A DNA stretch of 64,000 nucleotides from assembly GCA_002269645.1 (NCBI GenBank), contig NIVC01000581.1, positions 310,001 to 374,000 on the forward strand. Direction: 5' to 3'. The translations under genes and the position numbers were made by a program. The DNA is from Macrostomum lignano (lineage: Eukaryota). Positions 21,736 through 37,341 of the stretch are shown one piece after another. The notes beneath the pieces were generated by a model. That model was not told the origin of the DNA and did no database searches. It saw only the letters and a list, made by a program, of their open reading frames with translations. Position 1 is the stretch's first letter; each line of letters starts with the position of its first letter.

Positions 21736-23341
21736 GATGCCGATGGGGGGTATTTCAAATACCCAAAAAGTTTTCCACGCCATAACTCTTGAACCCGACG
21801 ATGGATTCGTCTAAAAATTCACAGTACGGGCTAAAATTTATCGAGGAATCTGATGAAGCCATCGCCGACTCTCTCGAACATCGAAATCGTCGAGATATTC
21901 AGCTATTCTCAAGGAGGTCCCCCTGTTTTTGAAGGCAAACCGTCGAATTCAGTGGCTAGGTCTTGACACCAGGCAGTAAGGTGCACAAAATGATCCCAAA
22001 CCTCATTTCAGCCATTGGTGAGGTAACCCAGAACACTTGTAGTGCACTACAACAATGCCCCGTGGCCACCGTCGACCATCGTCATGACATTCAACGAGCA
22101 CATTCTGACATCATCGGAATTTGAGATCCGAAACAAATTTCGGTCAAAAATTTATTATGAAATCTTGTCAATGAGCAACCTACGACTCCTTCTTGCACTC
22201 ACTATACTTCCTGCACCATCCCGACCGTCTGGACGTCCGTCGGGACCTTCAACGGATGTGTCCATTGGACTTCTTATGACTTTGCAGATCGCACACGGCA
22301 CGCGAAGTGCATGACACCCGTTATTTTTGCTCCAACTGCTCGAAAGTGTACCGTTATAATCTGTAAACTTTTAGTGTCACTTTCTCTTACTCACTCAGAC
22401 TTTTACACCAAAAGATGTACCCAGTTTTGTCCAAATTAACGTTCCCAAGAAAAAAAAATCGGTTTAGCTGAATCGAAATGCAGAATCGATATGGAAATTA
22501 AAAGAGGATCATAATAGTGGAAATTATGCTGAGAAAGTAGCGGATAAAAAGCAGAAATAATAGTAATCATGTTTTACTGGAAAGCTTTATGCTTAAAACT
22601 GCCGACATAAACTTGCAGTAGAAATTCGAAATGCTCTTATAACGGTTATGGTCTAATTTCGGACTGAAATTTTGATTGTTGTCACAGCGGAAACAATTCT
22701 TTTACTGTGCAACTTGCACATTCAATGACAGGCACAAAGGCAGGTTTATGAGTTTCGGTGGGACAAGACATGGCGGTGAATGAAAAAAGTGGAGGCCTTG
22801 CTGTGTACACTTTTGGTTCATGCGTCCATTGCATGCTGTTTATTGTAGATCATTGCAGACTGTTTATTCCTTTACAACTGTTTATTCCATGTTTATTAGA
22901 CTGTTTACTCAATGATACCGTTCCATAGCGACTTTACTCTGTTGCGCCAGTTTTAAGAAACGATGATGTCAGAATGTGCTCGTTGAATGTCATGACGATG
23001 GTCGACGGTGGCCACGGGGCATTGTTGTAGTGCACTACAAGTGTTCTGGGTTACCTCACCAATGGCTGAAATGAGGTTTGGGATCATTTTGTGCACCTTA
23101 CTGCCTGGTGTCAAGACCTAGCCACTGAATTCGACGGTTTGCCTTCAAAAACAGGGGGACCTCCTAGAGAATAGCTGAATATCTCGACGATTTCGATGTT
23201 CGAGAGAGTCGGCGATGGCTTCATCAGATTCCTCGATAAATTTTAGCCCGTACTGTGAATTTTTAGACGAATCCATCGTCGGGTTCAAGAGTTATGGCGT
23301 GGAAAACTTTTTGGGTATTTGAAATACCCCCCATCGGCATC
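21736..23341. mobile_element. 1.6-kb non-autonomous foldback-type element with 381-bp TIRs
   Basis: 21736-22116 is the reverse complement of 22961-23341; I saw only one mismatch. The 845-bp interior is non-coding. No clear TSD. Confidence 0.85.
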
Positions 23342-25993
23342 TGTGCAATGGAAAAATAGCTTCGTCATCCGACTGTTAAGGGACACTGCTGGGACTTGAT
23401 CGCATAGGCCATGCAGGTACAGAGGGGACTTGTGCAGGGGATTCTTGCAGTGGCGAGACTATGGGGTCTATGGGGAGACTATGGGGATCAAGATAGCTAC
23501 ATGTACTATTACATTGCTAAATACGAGGAATTGTACTTTTGGCCTTCAACGCGCCAACTAGCTTCTCGTAGCGCTGATGATAGACTAACTCGAACTTCGG
23601 AGACCGCATGATTCATTACCCGAGCCGCTTGGCGAACCTAGAGTGCACAGAGTACATCTCTAGCGCCGATTTTGCACTATTGGCAGTTTTGCTCACTGAT
23701 TTGATAGATTGATCGACTGAAAACTGCCTTGCCATTGGTCCATTATGACCGGCGCCTACTAGCTTAGCCACTCATCTGAGCCATCGGCGAACAAATAAAT
23801 AAAACCGATAAAATAACTGTCAGATTTAACCTTGGGGAATTCGTCTTTGATGATGATGGGGTGAGTCGCGATCCGGGGATCAAGATACGACGGTCACGAG
23901 TAGCAGCCAGGTGTCAGGTGACAGGTGACCCGCCAAGGGTTTTAGCCAAGTCAAGTCAAGGGTTGAAGTCCGAGCGGGCCAAAAACTCCGGTTTATATAG
24001 CCGCCAACTGGACCACAGTTTGTTATAATGGAACACGTCGATTCTGATTGGCTGAGCCGATTTTTTAAAATGAGCGTCGAATTTTCTGATTGGCTGAGCT
24101 TGTTGCCACCCAAAGTCACATGACCGGGAGATCCTATCAGTTCCCTCAGGGTCGTAAAAAGATGACAGGTGCGGCCATAAATCAATCAAAATCGCAACAA
24201 AATGATTTATGACTTTTCGCGTAGAATTGAGAAAAACTAATGAAAAAAATATACATTAGAAAGCTCTTATTAAGTATAAAGTGAAGATAATAAAGAGAAA
24301 TCGCTAATCGCTAATCCCAAAGTAATTTTAGGGGTAAAACGCATAGCTGTCAAAGCTGTCACACGCTTGAGTGAACACGAACAAGAGGCCCTGACCTCAT
24401 AAATCTTGATGGCCTGTCAAAATGATGAGAAAAAAGCTACCGCCCGCATCCTCTCAGACCATCTGGCGCCAGCCCCAGCACTGAGTGAGGCGCAGGTGGC
24501 TGTCAGACCAGCTCAGACGCAATGATTTATGACCCAAAAGCAGCAAAAAACTGCGCCTATGTTATTATAACTACAAGTATGGCAGATTAATATAGCTAAA
24601 GAAGTCCTACTACTAGTAGTACTAGTATAAATTCTAGAAAAATTACAAAAGAGGGAGAAAAATGCCCATAGCCTGCCGTTAGTAGGCTAGCAAGTTTGGA
24701 ACCCATGGTGCGAGCGTGAAATTTGGAAAAAAGTGTGTCCTCATCATTACTATAGTCAGTAGATGATAACGTAGATGATAATCTAGTGCAAATTATAGAC
24801 AAGTAAATATGTGTTTGAGTCTTACTCACGAGCATACATGTAGTACATGTACATGTATATATACGGCCCCGGAAAATGGGAATCTGCTGACACGTACTGT
24901 TGATATTCTAATTAATAATAAAAGCTTGCATTTTTTACTCTACACAAATTTTACTGTTGGATAGTTGCGTGTGATGAGTCTGCTACTTTACTGTAAACAC
25001 AAATGCGAGTTTTATTTTCATGTACCCACGCATTTGCACGCGTTCGTTTTATCCTGTTATTCCGGAAATTAATTCTGCTGGTTTAATCACCTCTTGTTTT
25101 CAAAGAGAGGCATAAATATAAAGGATACATGCCATTAGTGTTGGCCATAGACATCGTCTCGTTTAAACTCTTGTTTCAGCCAGCACGCTCTGATACTCGT
25201 ATATAATACTGCATAACTTCGAGAAAAATTGTTACGGCTTTGTGTAGTTTAACAAAAAACATAAAATTACAATGCCCAGCCGGCCTCAGAAATAAAAACT
25301 ATAGTTTTACTGCTATGATTGGTGCCAAAATGTTTTGCCAAAAGCTACCCATTGTTTAATTAAAATGTGTAACCTATAGATTGAGTCACCCAATGTTTTT
25401 AAATTGGTTACGAGTATAATATTTAACTTTTGACTGAAATACCTTTTATACCGTTTTTAGTTCTTTTGACCTTGCCTTTTGAAAAACTACTTCACTATTG
25501 TCATTCTGTGTCAAAAAATTAGTTCGTACTCTGGCTTTTACTTTACACAATCATATTGTAGTATATAAACCAACATAATATAAAAAATATTTTTACATTA
25601 CATTCAATGGAAAGAGATTATAAACATTCTGTCAAGTCGGACAGTTCAGAAGAAAATGTGTCATTTATCGGAGACAAATCAACGATCGAGAAAAAGAAGG
25701 TTTGATACTTATAATTTGATACAGTTATATTTTCTCATAAACTTTTTAATCAGTAAAAAGTAAATAAGTATTGATTATATGTTTAGATTTTTTTTCGTTT
25801 TTATTTATTATTACTTATTTTTTTCGCTTATTTATTTTTATATATGGGTTTATAATGAATAAAGAAAATAAATAACTAGTTACGAGTGTTCATATTATTA
25901 TCCTGGAGATTATAGTCAACATACTTAAACTTTAGGGACTTAGGGTTTTTCGCTTCAATATTCTAGCGAATGTCAAAGGCTACAACAATAAAG

Positions 25994-26413
25994 GGTGTAA
26001 GACCAAGACCGCCACACACCAAGACCGCCACACTTGGGGGAGCTAGGAGGGAGGAATTTGGCTCGCCATGTTATTGGATGGGGCTGAGGAGGGGTGAGAT
26101 GGGGAGAGCCAGCAAGACAAGGCCACGAGAGAGGAACTGGTGAGCAGGCTAGCCTGGCTAGGTAGGTGAGTGAGCCAGGCTCCTTGTTTTTTTCATTTAA
26201 TTTGAATTGTTAAAATTGCCCTGGTTGACTTGCAATCATTTTGGGCCACTTATTCATCTTATTAGTGACCAATCTTAGGACACTTCTTCTTCATCTAACT
26301 CCACAACCCATCATAACCAATAGCAATGCTGGAAGATTGGTAGCTTCCCCTCAATTCCAATAGTCAGTAAGAGCTGTGGCGGTCTTGGTATGTGGCGGTC
26401 TTGGTCATGCGCC
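25994..26413. mobile_element. 420-bp MITE with 8-bp TSD (hAT- or Merlin-like)
   Basis: Termini GGTGTAAGACCAAGACCGCCACA..TGTGGCGGTCTTGGTCATGCGCC with an internally doubled ACCAAGACCGCCAC motif; direct repeat CAATAAAG at 25986-25993 and 26414-26421. Confidence 0.75.
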
Positions 26414-26711
26414 CAATAAAGTCACCCAAAACTTTCGTGGGACAGTGAATCTTAAATTTGGTCGAATTTTTAAAGAACTAACACCTGTTAATCCTTTTTT
26501 ATCTCTTTTCCTTTCTTGCCTGACAGGCATGACAACGAAATAAAGTTAGCTAGTCTTTTAAAAACTGCAAAAATAGAGAATCTGCTAAAATAAGTTGTTA
26601 TTCTATTTTTGTCGTATCCACTTTCTATCCTATATTCTACAAACAGTAAATTTCTATAAATTTACGAGTATTTTATTTTAAAGCATTTGAAGCCTAATTA
26701 TTTAATCTTAG

Positions 26712-29333
<2,622 letters not shown>

Positions 29334-32300
29334 CGGCGTCTTCCGCAAGTTTCCCATGCGGTCATCTGAGGTTATCACCTCTTCGAATATTGGTTAACGC
29401 GATTTCCCAGACTTCTCACAATCCGCAGACAAGCGCGCAGCTGCCGTCTTCCTTTCTCTTGTGCTCAGTTTTTTACTTTTCCAGTTCTGCTGAATCATTT
29501 TTTATTCTCTACCCCGTTTGGCTCGACTGGTTGTTGCATTTTGCTTTCAGGTGAATTTGCTTGTTTGTGCTTCCATTCAACTCACAAGCCTGCTCAGTTT
29601 GACCTTGTGATGTCTCCATTGTTGAACGCAACGATTGCTTTAAGTGGCACTTTGCTAGCATTCATTGATTCGCTTTATAGTACATCGGCATTAATCACCC
29701 GCAGTTATTGAAAACATTCAGCAAATTGATGAGCTTTCACTGCAGACCCGTTGAAAAATTATGGGAACAATTTGTGGGAACATTTGGTAGCTTATGGCAA
29801 TTTATGGCTAAATAGTGGTAAATTTTGGTAACTTGTGGTTACTTTTCAAGTTTAAGAGGTGGGCGCCGCCGTGGCGTGCGCTGATTGGCTATCTGTTTGG
29901 CAACTTTTAGGAACATTGAGCGCGGCGAATGGTAACTTTTGGTAACTTTTTGGAGAGGTAAAAAAATGGCAACATTTAGGAAACTTTTGGTAACTTTTAG
30001 CACTTTTTGGTGAGTTTTTGGGAATTTTCGGCAACTTATGGTAACTTATCAGTGGCCTCATGAGTGGCGGGCGCCCTGCATGACTCATTACGTGCGGAAA
30101 CTTTTGGGAACTTTTCTAATAAATTGGTAACATCTGGTAATTTTCATATGAGGTGTGCCTCGGAAAGAACAAGTACAATGTTAATTAAATTATGAATGCA
30201 GTAGAAGTTCTCGAAAGCAGCTTTAAAGGTCGGAACTATGTTTAATAAGTATCATGCCGATGATGGTATTTGTTAAAGTTAAATTTATCTGCCCAATATA
30301 TCGATCTATTTTAAATGACTGATGCGCCAGTCATGGCGTGCACCATCAGCGGCCATACTACTAGCTATATTCTGATATTGCGCTTATCATCAGACATCTT
30401 AGGCAACCTGGGAAGATAATTTACTTAATGTGTTACATTATGATGTTATCTTTGTGTAATATCTCCAGACTCTCGTGACTCTCATAAATCCACCTATACT
30501 AAATCGTTTTCTATAGATCATAATCGAATTTACAGATGGAACTTCCGTAGAGTTTGTATGCAGGTGTTAATTTTAGCTAGGCCTATATGAAATCTTACTT
30601 TTTATTAACGAACATCCAGGGTACATACAATGTATGTTAATACGTGATAGTGTTTAGATAGCATCACATAGTCGTTTTTTATTTTAAAGAAATTAGCGTC
30701 TAGTTTTGCTTGTTTGCTAAGGTAAATTATGCAAAAGTAGGTTGATAATTATAGGCATGAACTAGGAACTAGACATAGTGGTAATATTTCTTATTTTTCA
30801 AGTACACAATTCCTGATCATAATGTCATATTAACCAGGTACGACAATCCATGTTTTCTATTACACACTCAGAAAAGTTGTTTTGTAAAAATTTAAACTAA
30901 ATTAGACTGATATGAATGAACTGCATGTATCAGTAGAAATAGCTAAGTAACTTTTTATTAAAAAATGTGCATTCATATGCCAATTTGCAATTTTGGAAAT
31001 TAAGTATTAGAACTTAATGAGTAGGCCTATGAAAATATATTTCAACTGAGGTTATTTTAATCAGTCAAAATTAAGCAGAAATTAAGCAGAAGCACTATAT
31101 TAATGTATTAAATTTGTATCTTTTTGTTGCATTAACCAAAACAAGCTGAACCAAACAGGTTATAGGAATAAATACTAATTTTAACTTTAATTTTTTAATT
31201 TTGTATTTGCATGGCATTATAGTCAAAAAATTATAACTACAATATTTTTGGCATTGCCACTAAGTATGTCCTTTGTACTATATCACTATAGTAGTTAAAT
31301 GCAATTTTTATGATACTTTCTAGTATATATGCATATATAATTTTAACCTAGTTTGATCAGCCATTACTTGTTAGCCTGCTAAAACTATATAATACCTGGA
31401 CAATTCCATGTGATGGTCAAATGTATATATGTGATTAAGATGGTCATGTGAGTATAAAGGTCATGAAACAAAGGTCTTTATCAATTAAAACTCTGATTTG
31501 AATTGGTAAAACCAGACTTATTAAAGCTCTAGATAGAAATATTATGAAAGAAGCTTTAGTTCTAGTAAAGCAAGAATTAGTATATAATTGTATACAATAA
31601 TTGTCTTCATGAAATATGATTTGCATTGTTATGAAATTTAAATATGTTTTAAAATGATCCTGGGATTCTTGAAGTACTGATATTTTATCTTATTTATTTT
31701 TATATTTATGCATAAAGACTTTTTTTACAATTTTTACAATAATCTAGACTCATAATTCTAAGATTCTATACAGTTAATTTTGTATAAAATAATAGTAGTC
31801 TGCCTGTTGTAGCCTTTACATATAAAATTTGGTATTATTTTATGACTGGATTTAATTGTACAATGGTAAAGAATGGTATTAGTCTATAGGTTACATTATG
31901 AAGTTGCTTCTGTACTCACACATTTTCAGTCTTAGATAATTTAATTTTACCTTGTTGGAGCAAATCCAAAATTGGTCTACTTATTTATCTGAAAATCAGA
32001 ATCACATTTTTGTATTAATACGCAAGAAATTATATGTATTGACTTTATATATTATATATATTGTCAAATATATGTCATAATATAACTAGACTCCACTGAA
32101 AATTTGAAGGTAAACCAAGAAAAGGTTTCTAAGATATTGAATATTTCAGATTTATCCCTAATTAGATAGAAGTTTACTCTGGTTATTGGGTTGCCAGCAC
32201 ATGCTCTACTGTACCAATATGGGAATAATAATCTGTGTAATCTGTGTGAATAATAATCTGTGTAGCCACTTTAAAAATAAATAAAGCGGCTACACAGACG

Positions 32301-32575
32301 CACACACACACACACAGACACATGGATAGAGTTTTGTGTTTTATATATTTAGTTAAGAGAAGATAATAATTTTTCTTTAAAGTCAACACCAGTAACCCAG
32401 TTATCCTGGGTTACTTTATGATGTTCTGGAGATGCACAAGTGAAAAGATGGATTTTATTAAATTAGTCTTTGTATGGCATCCATTATTTAGCATGCAAAA
32501 TGTCCATTTCAGAAGACTAAACGAGGCGAGTATTTTAAACAGTACAATGATCTTCGGCGCAAGCGCCAGGCTCCA

Positions 32576-35416
32576 ATGGCTGCTGCATCAGGACCTACTG
32601 CCAAATCACAAAAGCAGTATCAGCGAGAGTACAGATGGCGCAAAGCAGGCGCAGTCGCATCAACTGATCAAGAACCGACATCAACAAGTAGGCTGATAGT
32701 ACATGGAGCAAGAAGTGCTGATCATCAACACAAGGACAATAGTATTGAGTTGCATTACTGTAGCACCGAAGGTCAACAATTAGCATCAATTAGTCCAAAT
32801 ACGATGTGTGCAGCGCCAAGTGGTGATCAACATTGTAATCATGTCAATGCGGAATTGACAGATGTCGACCTGGCGCCGAGCAGGAGCCTTCCAGAGCAAC
32901 CAGCAAATGGAGGCGATTGCACAGTCTCTTCGCATGATGAACTCCCAGATGGCAACAGACAGGCTACGAACTTGGATGACATAGATGAATGGTGTGATAG
33001 AATTCTTCATTTAGCAACAGAAACGAGTTTGAATGTATCAGACACCAACGACCAAGTTCAACATGATTCTGACACAAGTGCTGTAGGAGACGAGTATGCC
33101 GTAAGTGACGTGGAAGTCTACGAATTTGCAGCAGCAGCAATGGATACTGACAAACCTGAGATCGATGCAGTACCTCCTAGTTTAACATTGCCCTTGTTCG
33201 AAGGATCAAGGCATAGCCTTGGAAGCGCAGTGTTGCGCGTCCAGGAATGTGTTGTTAAGCACCATTTGCCAACAACAGCTGTCGAGAGTGTATTAGACAT
33301 GCTACATGACCTACTGCCTAGTGATAACATCATGCCTAACACCCGATACCTGTTTGACAAGACCATTGGTGGCCAATTGTCAGCTACTTGTAGCATTTAC
33401 TGTCTCAACTGCAGCAGCGAAGTGCAAAGTCGAAGCGAAGGAGAGTGTTCTTCATGTAAAACACTTTTAAAAAATAACACTGGCTGCTTCTGGTTAATTG
33501 ACCCGCGTGAGCAATTGCAGTGCGCCATTGAAGGCCGCGGCTTGCTCTCAAAAGTTACCTTTCCAGCTGATCAGAAAGTCGAGGGTAATGTTCTGCATTG
33601 GTCGACCAGTCAGGCGTATACCAAATTTAAGAACAGAATCAACGTCAGTCAGCGAGCAGATCTGACGTACACAGTTGGAGTTGATGGCTTCCCATTGTAC
33701 AGAACATCCCCTTGCGAGCTATGTCCTGTCTACATAAGCATAAATGAGCTTCCCGAGAGGCTAAAGCCAACATTTATCATTACCTGCGGTCTGTGGAGTG
33801 GCAAGAAAGCGCTAAGATCTGCTGCATTCATGCCGACTGTAGTTAAAAGCCTTAACAGTCTTCAAACTGATGGCGTTTTCGCGAGTTTCTGCACGGGCAA
33901 TGACGTCAGCACCTGCACGATTCGCTTTCATCCGTTAATGGCCGTCATGGACGCACCTCAAAGGGCGGAAACGTTGGGCTTGTGTCGCTTTAATTCCATC
34001 AATGGGTGCGACAAGTGCTACATACAGTCGCAGTCTGTCAAGGTCAAGGCTGGGTACGCTCGCAAGTTTACTATGGCGCAAGCACAGCTGTCGATGAGGC
34101 TCGCCATTGACAAGGGTTGCTCACATATGGATCGTCGCACCAAGGATGACAGCATCATGCTTCACGAGACAAAAGGCGCAAAGGCTGCGAATAATCTCGG
34201 CGTGAAGGCCGTTTCACCTCTAGTCAACCTGTCAAATTTCGACTACATTGAAGATTCACCGCCGTGCTATCTACATCAGGTTTGCCTAGGTCAGATGAGG
34301 TGGCTTTTGGCGCAACTATTCAACGCGCGCGGTAATAAGCCTGATCCTAACGCTTCGGCTTGTCCTGATCTTCATAGCAAGGTTGCTGAAGTCGACAAGG
34401 CAATTCGGAGAATCTTCGTCCCCGACAGTGTTCAACGGTCACCCAGAAGTCTATCCGAGATGGGCTATTTTCGGGGACACGAGTACGAGACCTGGATGCT
34501 GATTATCGCACCGATGGTGATGGAGGACTTTCTAGTAGACCACAAGGATCACTACTACCACCTCCTTTTGCTAGCAAGCGTCATGTTCTGGCTAACGTGG
34601 GAAGGTGCACCCATGTCTCAGATCCAACTCTGCCAAAAATCTTTAACTACGTTTGGTAGACTGCTGGAGCACCTTTATTCAGCTAGCGCACTCACTTATA
34701 ACGCGCATATGGTGTCAGAGCACATGGTACCAACTGCCCAACGGTTTGGACCACTTCGAATGGCGTCGGCCGGTATTTTTGAGGCGAATCATTTCCGATT
34801 AAAGTCCTCATTACATGGCAAGAGGCTTGCTGATGTAGAAGTTTGTCGGATACTTCGCCAACGTGTCGGCTGCATTCGACTGGCTTCCTCTCTTCATCGA
34901 GACAGTGTGTTGCATGAGCGCCAAGGAGCGACATCTTGCAACATAGGGCAGTGCCATTTGAAGCGGTTCAAAGATGGGCTGGTGAAGTCTGTAACAACTG
35001 CACACGGGCATCTACTTACCCCATATCGTTCTAGGCCTACCTCAGAAGGTGCAAGGGTGTCCTCGTTTGTTGCTGTTCTGTCTAGACAGCAAGACAACCA
35101 AGACAGTTCTGACGAACAAGACTGCCAGCTAACGTTTGCTCGCATAGAGACCATAGCTGCTCAAGAAAACGAGATCCTACTCAGACTTCGGCTGGTCCTA
35201 ACTGCTGTAACCCCGCGCAGCAGGCAGGCGATGCGATTATTAAGCGGTCGTGCCGACGGTTGTAGCTGCGTGCACTTTGCGAAGCTGGAATGCGATGCTT
35301 TCGGTGACCTTCCTTTCTTGGCTGAAATATCACCGGATGCTGTCATTGGTACTTGCGCCGTCAGTGACACCCACATAGCGGTCCTTCCAACCGTTCAAGG
35401 CTGGCATGCTCCCTAA
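32576..35416 (+). CDS. CMC/EnSpm transposase, 946 aa, uninterrupted
   Basis: YCLNC..CSSC zinc motif, GVDGFP (D), MDAPQRA (D) with FNSINGCDKC, YLHQVCLG, RSPRSL..F.GHEYETW, TYNAHM..H..FGPL..SA..FEANH (E). These match the known animal EnSpm transposase motif order. Confidence 0.88.
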   Translation: MAAASGPTAKSQKQYQREYRWRKAGAVASTDQEPTSTSRLIVHGARSADHQHKDNSIELHYCSTEGQQLASISPNTMCAAPSGDQHCNHVNAELTDVDLAPSRSLPEQPANGGDCTVSSHDELPDGNRQATNLDDIDEWCDRILHLATETSLNVSDTNDQVQHDSDTSAVGDEYAVSDVEVYEFAAAAMDTDKPEIDAVPPSLTLPLFEGSRHSLGSAVLRVQECVVKHHLPTTAVESVLDMLHDLLPSDNIMPNTRYLFDKTIGGQLSATCSIYCLNCSSEVQSRSEGECSSCKTLLKNNTGCFWLIDPREQLQCAIEGRGLLSKVTFPADQKVEGNVLHWSTSQAYTKFKNRINVSQRADLTYTVGVDGFPLYRTSPCELCPVYISINELPERLKPTFIITCGLWSGKKALRSAAFMPTVVKSLNSLQTDGVFASFCTGNDVSTCTIRFHPLMAVMDAPQRAETLGLCRFNSINGCDKCYIQSQSVKVKAGYARKFTMAQAQLSMRLAIDKGCSHMDRRTKDDSIMLHETKGAKAANNLGVKAVSPLVNLSNFDYIEDSPPCYLHQVCLGQMRWLLAQLFNARGNKPDPNASACPDLHSKVAEVDKAIRRIFVPDSVQRSPRSLSEMGYFRGHEYETWMLIIAPMVMEDFLVDHKDHYYHLLLLASVMFWLTWEGAPMSQIQLCQKSLTTFGRLLEHLYSASALTYNAHMVSEHMVPTAQRFGPLRMASAGIFEANHFRLKSSLHGKRLADVEVCRILRQRVGCIRLASSLHRDSVLHERQGATSCNIGQCHLKRFKDGLVKSVTTAHGHLLTPYRSRPTSEGARVSSFVAVLSRQQDNQDSSDEQDCQLTFARIETIAAQENEILLRLRLVLTAVTPRSRQAMRLLSGRADGCSCVHFAKLECDAFGDLPFLAEISPDAVIGTCAVSDTHIAVLPTVQGWHAP

Positions 35417-35564
35417 TCTTCCCGGCAACTGAATAATTGTAAGCATGTAGAACCTGTCACTTAGTTGTATTTGCTAGGTACAGGTTATATTTCACCGAAA
35501 ACACAATGTAGTGCGTATGCAAATGACAGTCATTCCATCCGTATTTTTCTGCTACATTTCAGAT

Positions 35565-36200
35565 ATGCCGCCTCCCTCCGACGCAGTACTCGCAATCTGC
35601 GAGGAGGTGTTTGCCGATGCTGGCATATCCATGCCAAATCTCGCTAGTCTTCGCGAACGCCTCTCAACAGACGCCGACTTGGGGACCACCTTCCTCCACG
35701 ATCTGCCAACGCTCATCATCGCCGACGGAGTGCAGCGCGATATCCGTATCACGACTGCAATCGGCGTTAAAGTTGGCGCGCTCTTTACGCCAGCAGAGCG
35801 CAAGGCTGCGCTCGAAATGGCTCAGCGCGACCAGCTACGTCGTAGCCAGCAGGCAGCAGAGGCCCGCCGCCGCCAACAAGAGTGGGCAAAAACCGTGCAG
35901 CGGCAGCTGGGCGGCCAGCATCCCGGCGACAGCAGCGGCGGCCAGCGCGACGATAGCAGCGGCAGTCAGCGTCCCGGCGGCAGAAGCGGCGGCCAGCGCG
36001 ACGATAGCAGCGGCGGCCAGCGTCCCGGTCGATGTACTACTCGTGGCGTGCGCAGCGGACTTTGCATTCAAGTTTGCATTCAAAATGCCATTTTGGCATT
36101 CAAGTTTTTTAAGGGTGCGACGTTAACTCTGTCGCGCTCGAAATTCTCGCCGCGGAAAACAAACGTAAATAGTATATTCTATTTAGACTGGCTTGGATAG
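35565..36200 (+). CDS. Transposon accessory ORF2, unknown function
   Basis: ATG 35565 just after an AG acceptor (35561-35562). Helical N-half, then a Q/R-rich helix and a G/S/Q/D low-complexity repeat. The 3' end may be spliced. Confidence 0.5.
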   Translation: MPPPSDAVLAICEEVFADAGISMPNLASLRERLSTDADLGTTFLHDLPTLIIADGVQRDIRITTAIGVKVGALFTPAERKAALEMAQRDQLRRSQQAAEARRRQQEWAKTVQRQLGGQHPGDSSGGQRDDSSGSQRPGGRSGGQRDDSSGGQRPGRCTTRGVRSGLCIQVCIQNAILAFKFFKGATLTLSRSKFSPRKTNVNSIFYLDWLG

Positions 36201-37341
36201 TGGCGCCATGGAGCGACCTGAGTCGTCCTAGATAGATGACTATAGCATAGGCATAATTATGCATTTATTTTCAAGGATATATTTTGAATAATACGATTTA
36301 TTCCTATTGTAACTTGGCATTTTACTTTAAAACTTACATCTCAGTTAGTTACTGATCTATTGGAAATGGTGCATAATTGTATATAATGAACCCCACAAGA
36401 GAACTATTTTCTAGAAGCATTTACATATATGACATATAATAGCATAAATTTAAAACTATACACGATAGATATCATATGGAAATATATTTTTGTAGATTGT
36501 GAATAGGTTTTGCATACTATCAACAATGAAATTCAACCCATTGTTAAATCACTGCATCCTCGCTTCTTCCCCGTGCCATCTTCTACCTCATTCCCATCTT
36601 CCTCACCACCATCGTCTTCCCCCTTCTACTCTTCCTCTCCCACCTCTCTATCTCGTCGGTCTATTTCTCATCATCCTCCACCCATCCTTACTTTGCTAAT
36701 AATATTTTTCCTAATAGTAATCTCCTCTTAATACCCTACCCTACTCGCGCCAAACCTCAGCGATGTTGCATTTGAAGTAAATATGTAATATAAAATATGA
36801 CGTGAAATTATTAATTCACTTGAGAAACCTATCTTACGGCTTTTTTATTTACCCCCTCAACTGATCTCAACTTATCTGTTTCATACACAACAAGCTAATT
36901 TTGCTGAGCATCATGTTTATAGGTTAAGCACGCTTTAAGTTTATCGGTTGCGTTTCCTGTTTTTTATATCCCCTAGATTCTCATGTCTCAGACCTCATCA
37001 CTCCACACCGCCATAATAATAAAGTATTAATTTTCAAATTCTGGCCCAGCTAATATCCCATTAAAAATGCATGGATTGTCTGCGTTAGTAATTCCTTTAG
37101 TTAAACTTCTGTGCAACTCATGCACTCACTACAACATTTGCAGGATTACCTTATCAATGTTACTCGATTTTATATCAATGCTGCCACATCAATATTATTC
37201 ATAATCTACCATTCCAGATTGCAGATTACCAAATTCGAGGGCCACATCGACCGACGACTACGCTCTACAGTTGTTAGAGCGCCAAGAGGCCGTTCTCCCT
37301 ACGTCAACCGAGATTAACCAAGACCCACTAAAACACTAGTT

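Noticed and set aside
21845-21905. CTGATGA..GAAA as a second hammerhead
   Set aside because: No stem II or stem III pairing. The CTGATGA at ~23572 likewise lacks GAAA.
30140-32500. AT-rich stretch as separate or foreign DNA
   Set aside because: It lies inside the CACTA TIRs and has no substantial ORF; treated as the element's non-coding leader.
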